In this document: piece by piece, positions 38,732 through 48,348 of the stretch
Numbering within the stretch: the stretch's first letter is position 1
How the letters are laid out: each line of letters starts with the position of its first letter
NCBI GenBank assembly: GCA_963678065.2
Contig: CAXXVZ010000003.1
Coordinates: forward strand, 800,001 to 864,000
Direction of reading: 5' to 3'
Length of the DNA: 64,000 nt
Source of the DNA: Treponemataceae bacterium
GTDB taxonomy: Bacteria > Spirochaetota > Spirochaetia > Treponematales > Rectinemataceae
Position numbers and translations under genes: made by a program
Notes under the pieces: model-generated
The model's input: the letters and a program-made list of their open reading frames with translations, nothing else
Databases searched by the model: none
Told to the model about the DNA's origin: nothing

Positions 38732-41707
38732 TTACACCTCAGGCCAGAGTTCGAGCTGGGCGGGCTTGCCGATCCGGTCGGAGAAGGCGAGCCTGCGCAG
38801 GTTTTCCAGCACTTCGAAGTCATTGGCGCTCGGCGCGAGGGCTTCCGACAGGTCGATGCCTGTGAATTGTCGCGACGGCGGAAGGACTTCCAGGACGGCT
38901 TCGAGGGTGGCGAGGAAGGCTGCGTCGTCATCAAGACCCGCGCGGGTAATCTGGTCGCGCGCGGTCTGAAGGGTGCCGCGCCTCGCGGCGATGATGGCGT
39001 GGTGGATAGCATCAAGCCGTGAACGCGAGCCGTCGGCCGGGCCTAAGCCTCCTGCGGCGGCCCGTGTCTCGGCGTCCCAGAGGGTGATGTCGGAGCCTTT
39101 TTTGGCGGCGATGTGGCCGCAGATATCCTTGTCGAGGTCAAGGCCGACGACGCGGGCGAGCTGGAGCGCTTCGTCGTACTCGAAGACGGGGGCTTCGAAG
39201 GCGTCCCAGGCAAGGACAAAGAACTCGGTCAGGGAATCGAGGTGGGCTTGGCGGGAGATGGACGAGAGCTGGGCAAGCCTCCATTCGGTGACTTCGCGCC
39301 GGGCGACGAGGAGGACGTCCTCGGGCATGACGAGGTAGGGATCGACCTTCTCGAATTCCAGATCCGTCTGCGCTTTCTTGCCGGATTTTACCGCATCCTT
39401 CGGGCTTGCGCGGCGGACAGGCCACCGTGACGAAAAAACTTCGAGGGCTGGGCCGAAGCTCGCGAGGTAGAGGTCGATTCCGCGGATGCTGCTTTCGCGG
39501 TAGTGCTCGATCCGCTCGCGGACCCGTGCGCGAACCTGTGGCTCAAGATCTTCCCAGAAGACGGTGTCTGTGTCGTTCTGGACGAGGCGTAGACGGCAGA
39601 CAAGGAAGACGGTGGAGTTGCAGGCGGCTTTATCCCTGATGTGCAAGGAACCTTCGGCCTCGGTGTTGACCGGCCAGGATGCGGTAACCACGAAGCCCGC
39701 CTCCATGAGTCCCGAAGTGAGGGCATCCCATGCACCGACTGCCTTGTGGGTGAACATGAGGACCATGATGCCGTCGTCGGTGAGGACGCGGCGGCACTCG
39801 CGGAAGATTGTCATCATGCGGTAGCGGTAGTCCTCGTTGGCGAGTTTGGAGGCTCCCTTCTGACCCTGGAACTTGGCGGGGTTAGCGACAGCCTCGCGGT
39901 CCTTGTCGGTGAGCATGCGGGTGAAGAGCTCGGGATAGAGCTCCCCCGCCGTGCGCTTGAGCCAGACATAGAAGAAGTCTGAAAGTTCGGCGTACATGAC
40001 ATTGTTATAGTAGGGCGGGTCCATGACAACAGCATCGACACTTCCGGAGGCGATTTCTTCCAGATTGTCGGCCGATCCGCAGGTGACGGTGACCTTTGGA
40101 CGATCTGGAGAACTGGCATGGGTATCGAAGTCCAGCTCGGCGTGGGTGCCTGCTTTTGCGGCTTTTCTGGCCGATTTGCCTTCGCCAGGTCTGACCATTT
40201 CGACGAGTTCGGTTATACAGGCTTCGGTCTTTTCAAATGCCCAATCATAACCAAGCCCTGTGATTAGTGGAGCCATCTCGGCGTATGAGGCGACAAAAGC
40301 AAAATCATGCCGGTCAAAAATTGAACGAACACGCCCAATCGTTGAATCCCATCGACATGAACGAGTTCCATAATTTAGCATTGTGTCCAGTGCGAGCGCG
40401 ATATATGCAAAGGTGGCCTTGTCGATTTCGCTGAATTTGGGGTCGGAACGGGCTTCGTCGAGGAGTTCGTGGAAGGCGCGAACACTCATCGCGTGGCACC
40501 AGAGTTGACGCGGATTGAATAGATCGCGCCATTTGGGCATGCCATACTGAATGGGTCTGTCATCGTTTATATCTCTCGGAACGTCCTCTGTCGGGACCCA
40601 GCCACGCATCTCCCACTCGGGGATGAGGTCCTTTACCTGTACGGAAAGATCTTCCATGACGTCATCTACCGGGCGGGGGGCGCGGTAGCCGCATACCCAG
40701 GACTCTTTGTCCTTGCCTGCCTTGGTCTTCTTGACGACTTTCTCTTTGTACACGACGGTATAGAGGCGCTCGCCCATCGCTCCAGCCTGAGCCTGACGTT
40801 TGACTTCTTTCCCGTCCACGACTCGCTTGCAGTCAGGGAATGGGCAGAGGGCATCACCGCCTTTTACTGTGCCTTCGGACTGGTGTTTGAGGTCGGTGAC
40901 GATCTCGAAATGGCAGGTGCGGCCTTCGCTTCCGGGGCCACTTTTTAGGTCGGGAAGGAGTCTGACTCCGGTGCCGTCAGGGGCGAGGCGCCAGTTGGGG
41001 GAGAGGGGGATCTGGCCTCCACAGTAGGGGCAGTGGATGGTCCGGGCAAATAAATAACCTAAAACTTGGCGACTATTTTCTTCAGGTGGGAAGATGCCTT
41101 GAAGATATGGCTCGACTCTTTTCAAGAATGAGCTGCAAAGGTCTCTGAAAAGTGGAATAAGATTGCCACCATTTTTAATCGGTGCTTCTACGGTTTGCCG
41201 TAAAAGAGTCACAGCAACAGGATTGATATCATTCGCGATGGTATCCAACCCCAACCGCGCTGATTCGAAAGGAATACTGCCACCACCGGCGGTCGGATCA
41301 AAAACCACAGGATTGGTGTTGATTCCAAGCTTAAGAGTATTTTTTTTAAGCCATGCTTTCTCTTCATTTGAAGGACTATATGAAAAGGCACGTGGATAGC
41401 CGTAGATATTTAGACCTAGATTCTCTCCGGTTTGCTTAGCAATGTCTATTTTTTTTCTCACATTCACCGGATCTCCATGTATCCCAAGTACATACATGAA
41501 CTTTTTCCGCCCTTCCTCATCCGCCCCGACACTGGCAGGAAGAAGCGCACCGAGAACCGCAGCGCGACTCGCAACAAGGGGACGGCGAGCCCACCAGACG
41601 TGGAGGCGATTGGGTGCCGGAAATGGGGTCATGGGCGTCCGCTCACGTATCGATTCTATTCCAATCTCTGCTATCGGCAACCATTCTTCTATCAGCCTGC
41701 GGGACAT
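38732..41707 (-). CDS. DUF1156 adenine DNA methyltransferase
   Basis: LHVWWARRPL, FDPTAGGGSIPFE, MDPPYYNNVMYAELSDFF. Confidence 0.9.
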   Translation of the reverse strand: MSRRLIEEWLPIAEIGIESIRERTPMTPFPAPNRLHVWWARRPLVASRAAVLGALLPASVGADEEGRKKFMYVLGIHGDPVNVRKKIDIAKQTGENLGLNIYGYPRAFSYSPSNEEKAWLKKNTLKLGINTNPVVFDPTAGGGSIPFESARLGLDTIANDINPVAVTLLRQTVEAPIKNGGNLIPLFRDLCSSFLKRVEPYLQGIFPPEENSRQVLGYLFARTIHCPYCGGQIPLSPNWRLAPDGTGVRLLPDLKSGPGSEGRTCHFEIVTDLKHQSEGTVKGGDALCPFPDCKRVVDGKEVKRQAQAGAMGERLYTVVYKEKVVKKTKAGKDKESWVCGYRAPRPVDDVMEDLSVQVKDLIPEWEMRGWVPTEDVPRDINDDRPIQYGMPKWRDLFNPRQLWCHAMSVRAFHELLDEARSDPKFSEIDKATFAYIALALDTMLNYGTRSCRWDSTIGRVRSIFDRHDFAFVASYAEMAPLITGLGYDWAFEKTEACITELVEMVRPGEGKSARKAAKAGTHAELDFDTHASSPDRPKVTVTCGSADNLEEIASGSVDAVVMDPPYYNNVMYAELSDFFYVWLKRTAGELYPELFTRMLTDKDREAVANPAKFQGQKGASKLANEDYRYRMMTIFRECRRVLTDDGIMVLMFTHKAVGAWDALTSGLMEAGFVVTASWPVNTEAEGSLHIRDKAACNSTVFLVCRLRLVQNDTDTVFWEDLEPQVRARVRERIEHYRESSIRGIDLYLASFGPALEVFSSRWPVRRASPKDAVKSGKKAQTDLEFEKVDPYLVMPEDVLLVARREVTEWRLAQLSSISRQAHLDSLTEFFVLAWDAFEAPVFEYDEALQLARVVGLDLDKDICGHIAAKKGSDITLWDAETRAAAGGLGPADGSRSRLDAIHHAIIAARRGTLQTARDQITRAGLDDDAAFLATLEAVLEVLPPSRQFTGIDLSEALAPSANDFEVLENLRRLAFSDRIGKPAQLELWPEV

Positions 41708-41785
41708 GTAATGCTCCTATTTACGATGCACGAACGCGGCAGCATTGCTGCTCAAGTTTTACGGGAGTTGCACACAGGTATGGAA

Positions 41786-42406
41786 TCATACAGATGAACC
41801 CTTCCCGTCCTCAGCTGATCCAGTGCCGACACAGGCAACAAGGCGTTCGAAGGCGTCGACACAGTGCCTGAAGGATCGCGATGCACGATACGCCTCATCG
41901 ATATCAAAGCTGGCTGTCAGTTTTACCTGATCGATGGTTTCGGAGTAAGCGCGTCCTGGAATGAGCCGTTCGGTCAGCTGCCCTTTCGCGTTGCGCTTTG
42001 ACTCAGGATGGATTGGGGCCTGGGCGTCCGGTTTGAACCTGAGAACCGTACGAACTGAGTCGAACGAGGCGAGAAACCAGCTTTCGAATTCCCGATAGGC
42101 CACCACAAGCTCGCAGGGAGTACCGCGCGCTGCCGTTCTCGCGACTTCAAGAAGCTCGGGAGCGCGTTCCCTGGGGCAAAGGTCGTCCGCGTCGAACAGA
42201 ATAAAGATGGCGGCACAGTCTTCCTGACTCCGGGCAAATGCCACGCGTTTGGCAAGCTTTTCCGGATTGGTGAGGTCGGATACCGTGGATCGTATCGGCG
42301 AAGCAATACTCAGGGAGTAATTTCCCGTACGCTCTTGCAGGCGGCGAAGCAGGAGGGGAAGCGCTTTTACCTCGCCGTAGCCTTCGACAATGGGAACAAG
42401 TGTCAT
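41786..42406 (-). CDS. DUF4276-family (TOPRIM-like) protein
   Basis: PIVEGYGE, ILFDADD, EFESWFLA, YSETIDQ, SRSFR. Confidence 0.75.
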   Translation of the reverse strand: MTLVPIVEGYGEVKALPLLLRRLQERTGNYSLSIASPIRSTVSDLTNPEKLAKRVAFARSQEDCAAIFILFDADDLCPRERAPELLEVARTAARGTPCELVVAYREFESWFLASFDSVRTVLRFKPDAQAPIHPESKRNAKGQLTERLIPGRAYSETIDQVKLTASFDIDEAYRASRSFRHCVDAFERLVACVGTGSAEDGKGSSV

Positions 42407-43614
42407 GAAAGCACGTCGAAGAGTGGAAGCTGGGCGGGACGGAAATCTTCCGTAAACAGTCTGTTTTTTCCAGGTTGCAGACTGTCAGTGCGAAGAAGCT
42501 CTCCGGCACCGAGTAGATGGGTTCTCAGACTCTCCTTGACCGAATCCGAAGGAGGAAGAATGTGGGTGGCGCCATGGTCCCAGGTCACACAGCGGATATT
42601 GTTTTCCCCTATCCAGCGGGCATCCAGCAATTCGGGACTGTGCGATGTAACAATGACTTGTGTACCCTCCGCCGCTTCCATGATGGCATCCATGACCGCG
42701 CCGAGAGCGCCTGGGTGAATCGTGGCTTCGGGCTCCTCGATGACGACGAGCGAGGGTTTGGGAGTCTGAAAAAACGCAAGAAGGATACCGAGTATCCTGA
42801 CCGTCCCATCGGACATATTGAAGGATTCGAACTTGAGTTGATGATTATTTCCGACATTCTGCTTGAACTCGAAGGTCATTTTGTTCCCGCGACTCACTGC
42901 ATTCACAGATTCGGTATCAGGAACCGCGTTAGAAAGGTATTCCAGAAGCCTTTCGTAATTTTCTTTATTGTTTTTTGTCAAAGTTTTGAGAACACTCGCC
43001 GCATTGGAGCCATCGGATTTGAGCGCCGTTCCGGCGTCGGCATCCTGCATTTCTTTCATGGCTTTGGGAACGATCGAATAGACTCTGAATCCGCTCAAGA
43101 TACGATAGATCGGGGCGAAGCGCTCATCCCCGGCGACAAGCGGAAGGCACAAGGATTGCGGGGAAACCGGGGGATGAAGGTTCTGGACATTCGGACTGGA
43201 CTTAAACGAATCGGTCCTGTCATACCAGTAGGCATTTCCATCATACAATTTCAGATAGCACTGCTCGCGGAGCACCTCGAATCCATAATCCGGTTTGGCG
43301 CGGATCTCGAACGAGAAGAAACCATTACGGATCGTTCCACCATCATCGCCGATCTCCACCTTGATGCCGAAATTGGCCGGGTAGCCTTTGCCGGAAGCCC
43401 TATGGCGGACCGAGGAAATGCCGGCTCTGTTGTCAAAAACCACGTCCAGGGGGGATCTCATGGCATCAGCGATAAATCCGAAGATATCGGCGAAGTTGCT
43501 CTTGCCGGAACCATTTCGGCCGACAACAAAGAGAGGATTGTCGAGTGGGATATCTGCGGCCACGATGCTGCGAAAGCGTTTGACGACGATCCGTTTTACT
43601 ATCGGAGCTTTCAT
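42403..43614 (-). CDS. ABC/AAA_21-type ATPase
   Basis: GRNGSGKS Walker A, MSDGT signature, IEEPE Walker B, TSHS H-loop; ATGA coupling to the DUF4276 gene. Confidence 0.88.
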   Translation of the reverse strand: MKAPIVKRIVVKRFRSIVAADIPLDNPLFVVGRNGSGKSNFADIFGFIADAMRSPLDVVFDNRAGISSVRHRASGKGYPANFGIKVEIGDDGGTIRNGFFSFEIRAKPDYGFEVLREQCYLKLYDGNAYWYDRTDSFKSSPNVQNLHPPVSPQSLCLPLVAGDERFAPIYRILSGFRVYSIVPKAMKEMQDADAGTALKSDGSNAASVLKTLTKNNKENYERLLEYLSNAVPDTESVNAVSRGNKMTFEFKQNVGNNHQLKFESFNMSDGTVRILGILLAFFQTPKPSLVVIEEPEATIHPGALGAVMDAIMEAAEGTQVIVTSHSPELLDARWIGENNIRCVTWDHGATHILPPSDSVKESLRTHLLGAGELLRTDSLQPGKNRLFTEDFRPAQLPLFDVLS

Positions 43615-43618
43615 CTTT

Positions 43619-44080
43619 TTACCGTCCCCGTGATGGTTCGACGAGCAGGATTCGCAAGGCGGCAAGCACTCTCCGGGGGTATTTGCGGTGCATGGCCATG
43701 CCAAGCCAGTACGCGGATTCTTCCCGGCCCATGCGTTCGATACCATTGGACACGGAACGCATGTACTCGGCATTATGCATTGGAGCCAACGTGCGGAACA
43801 GTAATCCGAGACTCATGGCAAGGTCCTCGGGCAGAGTATAGGCGACTGGAACTTCGGAAAGCAGGCCGGCGACCGCGATCTCGCGCTCCTTGAGGCGCTT
43901 TACGACACGATGTTCGACCAGGGCAAGGTTGCGACCACGCAGACCGGCTACGCGAAGGCGCGCCCTGAGGTTTGGTGTGGCAGTAGAAGGAAGCTGCCAG
44001 ACTTCCAGTTCAAGGTCGGAGGGTCCGTGCTGGACGGCTTTCAGTTCGTATCGTGGCTGTGCATCCATTCGGTTCTCCAT
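43619..44080 (-). CDS. Small protein of DUF499 operons (DUF3780-like)
   Basis: EESAYWLGMAMHRKYPRRVLAALRILL; sits directly after the DUF499 ATPase. Confidence 0.6.
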   Translation of the reverse strand: MENRMDAQPRYELKAVQHGPSDLELEVWQLPSTATPNLRARLRVAGLRGRNLALVEHRVVKRLKEREIAVAGLLSEVPVAYTLPEDLAMSLGLLFRTLAPMHNAEYMRSVSNGIERMGREESAYWLGMAMHRKYPRRVLAALRILLVEPSRGR

Positions 44081-44083
44081 TCT

Positions 44084-47000
44084 TTATTGCTTCGGAAACG
44101 CACGAAGCGAAGCGTTCATGGCACTCAGTCCAAGACGGGTCAGGGATTCCTGCAGGCGGTTCGGACCTTCGCCTGTTGTAGAAAATCCGTCGCTTTCGTA
44201 GAGGACCCGGTACTCCAACTGGACTGTCCTTTCGCGAACAGGTCTCAGCATAGTGACAAGAAAATCCTTGAAAGGAGCCCCTTCTTCCAGAGTACCGGAA
44301 AAATCCACCACACAGGAACCGGAAGAGGCAGTTTTCCAGCTGGCCTTGATCTTGAGCAATTTCTTGCCGGCAAGCATGGCGAACTGCGGCATCAGACTGA
44401 AGGCGTCAATATCATAGGCAGAAATTTCGATACGGGCAAGGGCAGCGATTTTCTTGGACTCTGTCTCGTCCCAGAGGATGGCAAAGCATTCTTTGAGAGG
44501 CTTATTGTCGATGAAAATCGGACCGGCGACGCCTGAAGTGCTATCAGTGCCACCACCCTCCCCTCCTGTTCCCTCCCTTACCTCCGAAATCGGGGTCGGA
44601 GGCGGTACGACAACCGTTCGGGGCCAGATGGATTCCGCAGCGGCCTGGACCAGTGTGTAAATCCAGCTCTGTTCGTCGATCTGGATCATGGCCCGCGGAT
44701 CTTTGGGACCGCAGACAAGATCTCCCCGCCTGTAGACGAAATAGTCGGAATCGATGCCTGCCTGGAGGATCTTGATGAAGGCGCCGTCAGCGGCGAGCAT
44801 CGGAAGCGCGGGATCCCGGTAGAACTCGACTCGCAGGGCAAGCGTCGTCTGAACGCCTCGCTTGAGCGGCGTGCGGTCGATGATGAACACGGGTGAGTAG
44901 GGCTGATCAGCAGTATCGTAGAGTTTTTTCACATCATGGAGGTAGCGCTCGACCTGTTTCTGTCCGGAACCGGGATCGGCCGAGGTATTGGGAATATCGA
45001 GGACAGCATGCTTGAGGCTGATGCCGGGTTCGAACTGCTCAACTTTCGGGTAGAGAATATGCCGGTAGCATTGCTGAACTGATACTGCCAGATCGGAAAT
45101 GGCAGTCTGCGCGAGTTCGCGGATCTTGTCCTGCTGATGCGGCGGCAGGGAACGGATGCGATCCGGGGCTTTCATCGCATCGAGGGCAAGCTTGCGACGG
45201 GATTTTTGCTTCATCTCGTCCTTGCGCCCATGATCCGCCACGACAAACACAACATTGTTGCGTCCGATCCGCAAGTCCTTATTGGCTCCCTTGTACTGCC
45301 AGATGTTTTTGACAAGATCAGGCAGCGCCTGAGTGATGCCGCCGAGATCGCAGGCGTCGTAACTCACCACAGAAAGCACTGGCCGGTTTGGACGTGCATC
45401 ATCGGGGACATCAGAAGGCGAAGATGGGAAGTGAACCTGTTCGAATGTGGTGCCTTTGAAAATCATTTTAATCAGATCATCAAGGACGGCGCGGGCATCT
45501 CCGGAATCGACATTACGCTCTTCGCGCCTGATGAGCATGGTGAGGTTGGCGTCCTGCAGGAACCGAAGCGGGGCATTGGGACGATCATCGCGGTAGGCTG
45601 AATTCTCGACAAACCTGCGCTCCGCGTCCTGGAGATAGCCAAGGTCGACACCGGGTGCAAGCACGGAATAATACAGCTCGGGCTTTTTGCAGCCCTGGAG
45701 GTCGGGATTGAGAGCTAGGGAATGGCAGAGCACGGTCCGCGCCACCATGGAGGCATAGGGCGGCATACCCGCGTACTCGCGCGCATCCGTCACTTGCGCC
45801 CATGAGGGCGTATTGCGGTCCTGCGAGGCGACATCGGATTTTACCGCTGGGGTAAGCTGGGACTGATTGAGGCGGGTGAGGATTTCATTGGAAATGGATT
45901 CGTCGCCCGGGTTTATATGCCAGGTATGGATGGAGAGCGCATTGGCCGGTCTGTCCTGCCAGAGTACACGGACAGTTTTTGCGAGAAGCCGGAGCATGCC
46001 ACGAACACGCTGGAAGGTCGGCAGGGTCGAGAGTTTGAGCGTGAGGACGGACATAAGCTCGGGGTGGAGGGGATAGGATGCCATGAACTGTTTTTCCCAG
46101 TCTCCGTGGTTCTTGTCCTGGGGCAGGTCGCTCTTGTGACGCTCCCATAGAAGTCGGTAAGCATCCACAAGCTGTCCGGAATCATGCTCAGACACTTGAG
46201 CGAAGAGGCGCCGCTTCAGAACCTTGGCTGTCTCTTCGTCTCCTGTCGGGTCGATGAGCACGGCTTTGCGCGCGGAAATGCTTTCGGCTTCCATAAAGAA
46301 GTTGGCGATCATGTTCGCGATCGCCTCATTCTCCTTACCGTGGGCATCGGTCGACGAGTTGTTCTTGCCGACTGCGAGTGTGAATACGATGGCGGCCTTC
46401 GGACTTGATTCGACTGCCTTGAAGATGGTTGTCAGGAAGGAGGCGAGCCTCTCATCCATGTCAGGCCATTTGCTGCGGGCTTTGCGGAGGTAGACTGCGA
46501 GTTCGTCCACCAGGATGAGGCAGGGTTCGTTTCCAATAAGCTCGCGGAGTGTGTCGGCACCGGGAGGGATGCCCAGCTCGTCGCTCTGGCGAATCCGCTC
46601 ATAACCGGCTTTGCCCGCAAGGGCTAGAGCGAGTTCGCCCCAGGGGGTGAATGCTTTGATGCAATGCTCGGGATAGGAGTGGCCATTGATGGGATCGATG
46701 TTCTCGCCCTCGAGGCCCGCGATCCTGACGGATGTTACGGGGAGAATGGCGGGATCGATGAAGTCGGCAATGTTCGGGACGCTGCGTGCGGATGCTACGG
46801 CGTGGACCAGGGCAATGAGGCTATGGGTTTTACCGCCGCCGAAGCTGGTATGAAGGCGGAAAATACTTGAAAGCTGTCGTAGGTCGCCCGTGAGCCGGTA
46901 GCATACCTGGGTCAGGAGATTCTTGAGGCCCGCCGTGGGATAGGTGAAGGCGAAGAATTTCTCAGGATCGCAGTATTCTTGTGATCCTTCCGAACGGAGA

Positions 47001-47098
47001 ACCTGCGCGAGGTCGGCCGCAAAGTCGGATTCGGAGATACTGCCATGGAGGACGTCGTCACGGGGGGTGCAAAGATCGAAGATTGTGGGCAAGGGCAT
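44084..47098 (-). CDS. DUF499 AAA+ ATPase
   Basis: CTPRDDV, FAADL, TSFGGGKTHSLIAL, LVDELAVY, SYPLHPEL, FQRVRGMLRL. Confidence 0.88.
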   Translation of the reverse strand: MPLPTIFDLCTPRDDVLHGSISESDFAADLAQVLRSEGSQEYCDPEKFFAFTYPTAGLKNLLTQVCYRLTGDLRQLSSIFRLHTSFGGGKTHSLIALVHAVASARSVPNIADFIDPAILPVTSVRIAGLEGENIDPINGHSYPEHCIKAFTPWGELALALAGKAGYERIRQSDELGIPPGADTLRELIGNEPCLILVDELAVYLRKARSKWPDMDERLASFLTTIFKAVESSPKAAIVFTLAVGKNNSSTDAHGKENEAIANMIANFFMEAESISARKAVLIDPTGDEETAKVLKRRLFAQVSEHDSGQLVDAYRLLWERHKSDLPQDKNHGDWEKQFMASYPLHPELMSVLTLKLSTLPTFQRVRGMLRLLAKTVRVLWQDRPANALSIHTWHINPGDESISNEILTRLNQSQLTPAVKSDVASQDRNTPSWAQVTDAREYAGMPPYASMVARTVLCHSLALNPDLQGCKKPELYYSVLAPGVDLGYLQDAERRFVENSAYRDDRPNAPLRFLQDANLTMLIRREERNVDSGDARAVLDDLIKMIFKGTTFEQVHFPSSPSDVPDDARPNRPVLSVVSYDACDLGGITQALPDLVKNIWQYKGANKDLRIGRNNVVFVVADHGRKDEMKQKSRRKLALDAMKAPDRIRSLPPHQQDKIRELAQTAISDLAVSVQQCYRHILYPKVEQFEPGISLKHAVLDIPNTSADPGSGQKQVERYLHDVKKLYDTADQPYSPVFIIDRTPLKRGVQTTLALRVEFYRDPALPMLAADGAFIKILQAGIDSDYFVYRRGDLVCGPKDPRAMIQIDEQSWIYTLVQAAAESIWPRTVVVPPPTPISEVREGTGGEGGGTDSTSGVAGPIFIDNKPLKECFAILWDETESKKIAALARIEISAYDIDAFSLMPQFAMLAGKKLLKIKASWKTASSGSCVVDFSGTLEEGAPFKDFLVTMLRPVRERTVQLEYRVLYESDGFSTTGEGPNRLQESLTRLGLSAMNASLRAFPKQ

Positions 47099-47165
47099 AG
47101 GGGCTCCCGGATTATATGATATTTGTATTATTTCAGCATCCCAAGTTATCAAGGGATAGCATACT

Positions 47166-47348
47166 TTAAATTCGTAAACGACGACAGGTTGTTTTTGAGG
47201 TTACGTTTGACTTATGGGCAAGCCTCTCCCAAAAGCTTCGGTTGTTCGCTGCGAATGCAGGTACAACCAGCGTGGTGAAAGCTAAGAATGACATGATGAT
47301 TCTGAACGAGCTCCGCAAAGTATCTCTCATAAGGTTCCTTCCTTTCAT
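47166..47348 (-). CDS. Short signal-peptide ORF, probably truncated
   Basis: AAGGAAGG upstream, hydrophobic signal ending AFA. Confidence 0.35.
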   Translation of the reverse strand: MKGRNLMRDTLRSSFRIIMSFLAFTTLVVPAFAANNRSFWERLAHKSNVTSKTTCRRLRI

Positions 47349-47524
47349 TATTTGTTGTTGTCAGGCCCCTTGTCTTGTTTCCGCTTCTGACGTCCTAGAG
47401 CAAGACCGAGAATCACTGCTCCAACGATTATAACTACCCAGGCTACTTTCGAGTTGCCGGTTTGAAATAGTATGGCGGTAATTGCGGCAAAGGCGACTGA
47501 GATGGCTGTTGGGATTTGTCTCAT
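47348..47524 (-). CDS. Small two-TM membrane protein (58 aa)
   Basis: MRQIPTAISVAFAAITAILF...VAWVVIIVGAVILGLALG; translated by eye. Confidence 0.45.
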   Translation of the reverse strand: MRQIPTAISVAFAAITAILFQTGNSKVAWVVIIVGAVILGLALGRQKRKQDKGPDNNK

Positions 47525-47534
47525 CGCAGCCCTC

Positions 47535-48110
47535 CTAGCGTGCAGGTTCTATGCTATTTAGGAATGGCTCGAAGAACTCCCTGTTCGCCTTTTCAAATCT
47601 TTCGACCGCCGTGCCGCAGGTGATGATAAAGCCCCTTTTGCCGATAACAAAAGTGATGCTCCGCATCGTGCCCAAGACATTTCCCTTCATCTGGTATTGA
47701 TGTTCAACTGCCTTGAACTTTCCATCCTTGCCGATGTTGATGAACCGTACAACAATTCGCTTATACCCCGGGACTGGGAATGGCTTTGACTCGATCATTT
47801 GCTTGAAACCATCTAGGTCTGACTCAGTCACGCCGTCAGCGATTTTAATGTTCACATTCTCGTCCCTGAAAGCAGGATTGACCAGGAAAAACGGCGTCTC
47901 TCCGGATATACGTGAGCGAAGAGGTCCAGGATTCTCAGCGGAATAGAGATCAATCCCTTGGGGGACCAGGAACGCCAACCCAACTTGCTTGTTTTCGACT
48001 CTACTTCCCGTAGGGGTGTCTGTGCTCTTCGTTTGAGCCTGACCTTGTGGAACGAGGGTCATAAGGGCAAGAAGAACGGAAACGATTAGAGTTGCTGTTT
48101 TCACCTTCAT
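47535..48110 (-). CDS. Cassette-borne secreted protein (PsbP/DcrB-like fold possible)
   Basis: AAGGAGG RBS after attC R'; signal peptide; C-terminal FIITCGT..F..FLNSI pattern. Confidence 0.65.
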   Translation of the reverse strand: MKVKTATLIVSVLLALMTLVPQGQAQTKSTDTPTGSRVENKQVGLAFLVPQGIDLYSAENPGPLRSRISGETPFFLVNPAFRDENVNIKIADGVTESDLDGFKQMIESKPFPVPGYKRIVVRFINIGKDGKFKAVEHQYQMKGNVLGTMRSITFVIGKRGFIITCGTAVERFEKANREFFEPFLNSIEPAR

Positions 48111-48136
48111 TGTTTGTGATCCTCCTTTTTTTAGTT

Positions 48137-48251
48137 ACCGAACATAGAGTTCAGTTGCCCCACCGAATGAAGTCCTGCAATCACAGTTCCATGAATTGGA
48201 GCGACACTTGCATACGGCCTTATAGGGGTCAACTGCAACGACTTGTTAGGA
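48137..48251 (-). other. attC site
   Basis: Minus strand TCCTAAC-aagtcgttgcagttgacccc...ggggcaactgaactctat-GTTCGGT. Confidence 0.8.
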
Positions 48252-48348
48252 TCCTCAGGGCGGCCAGGGCACATGCTATTCCATCGGCTTGTCTTGCGGG
48301 TGCAGCCGGATGCTACGTCAAGAACGATTGGAATGCGCCGGGCTAAGT

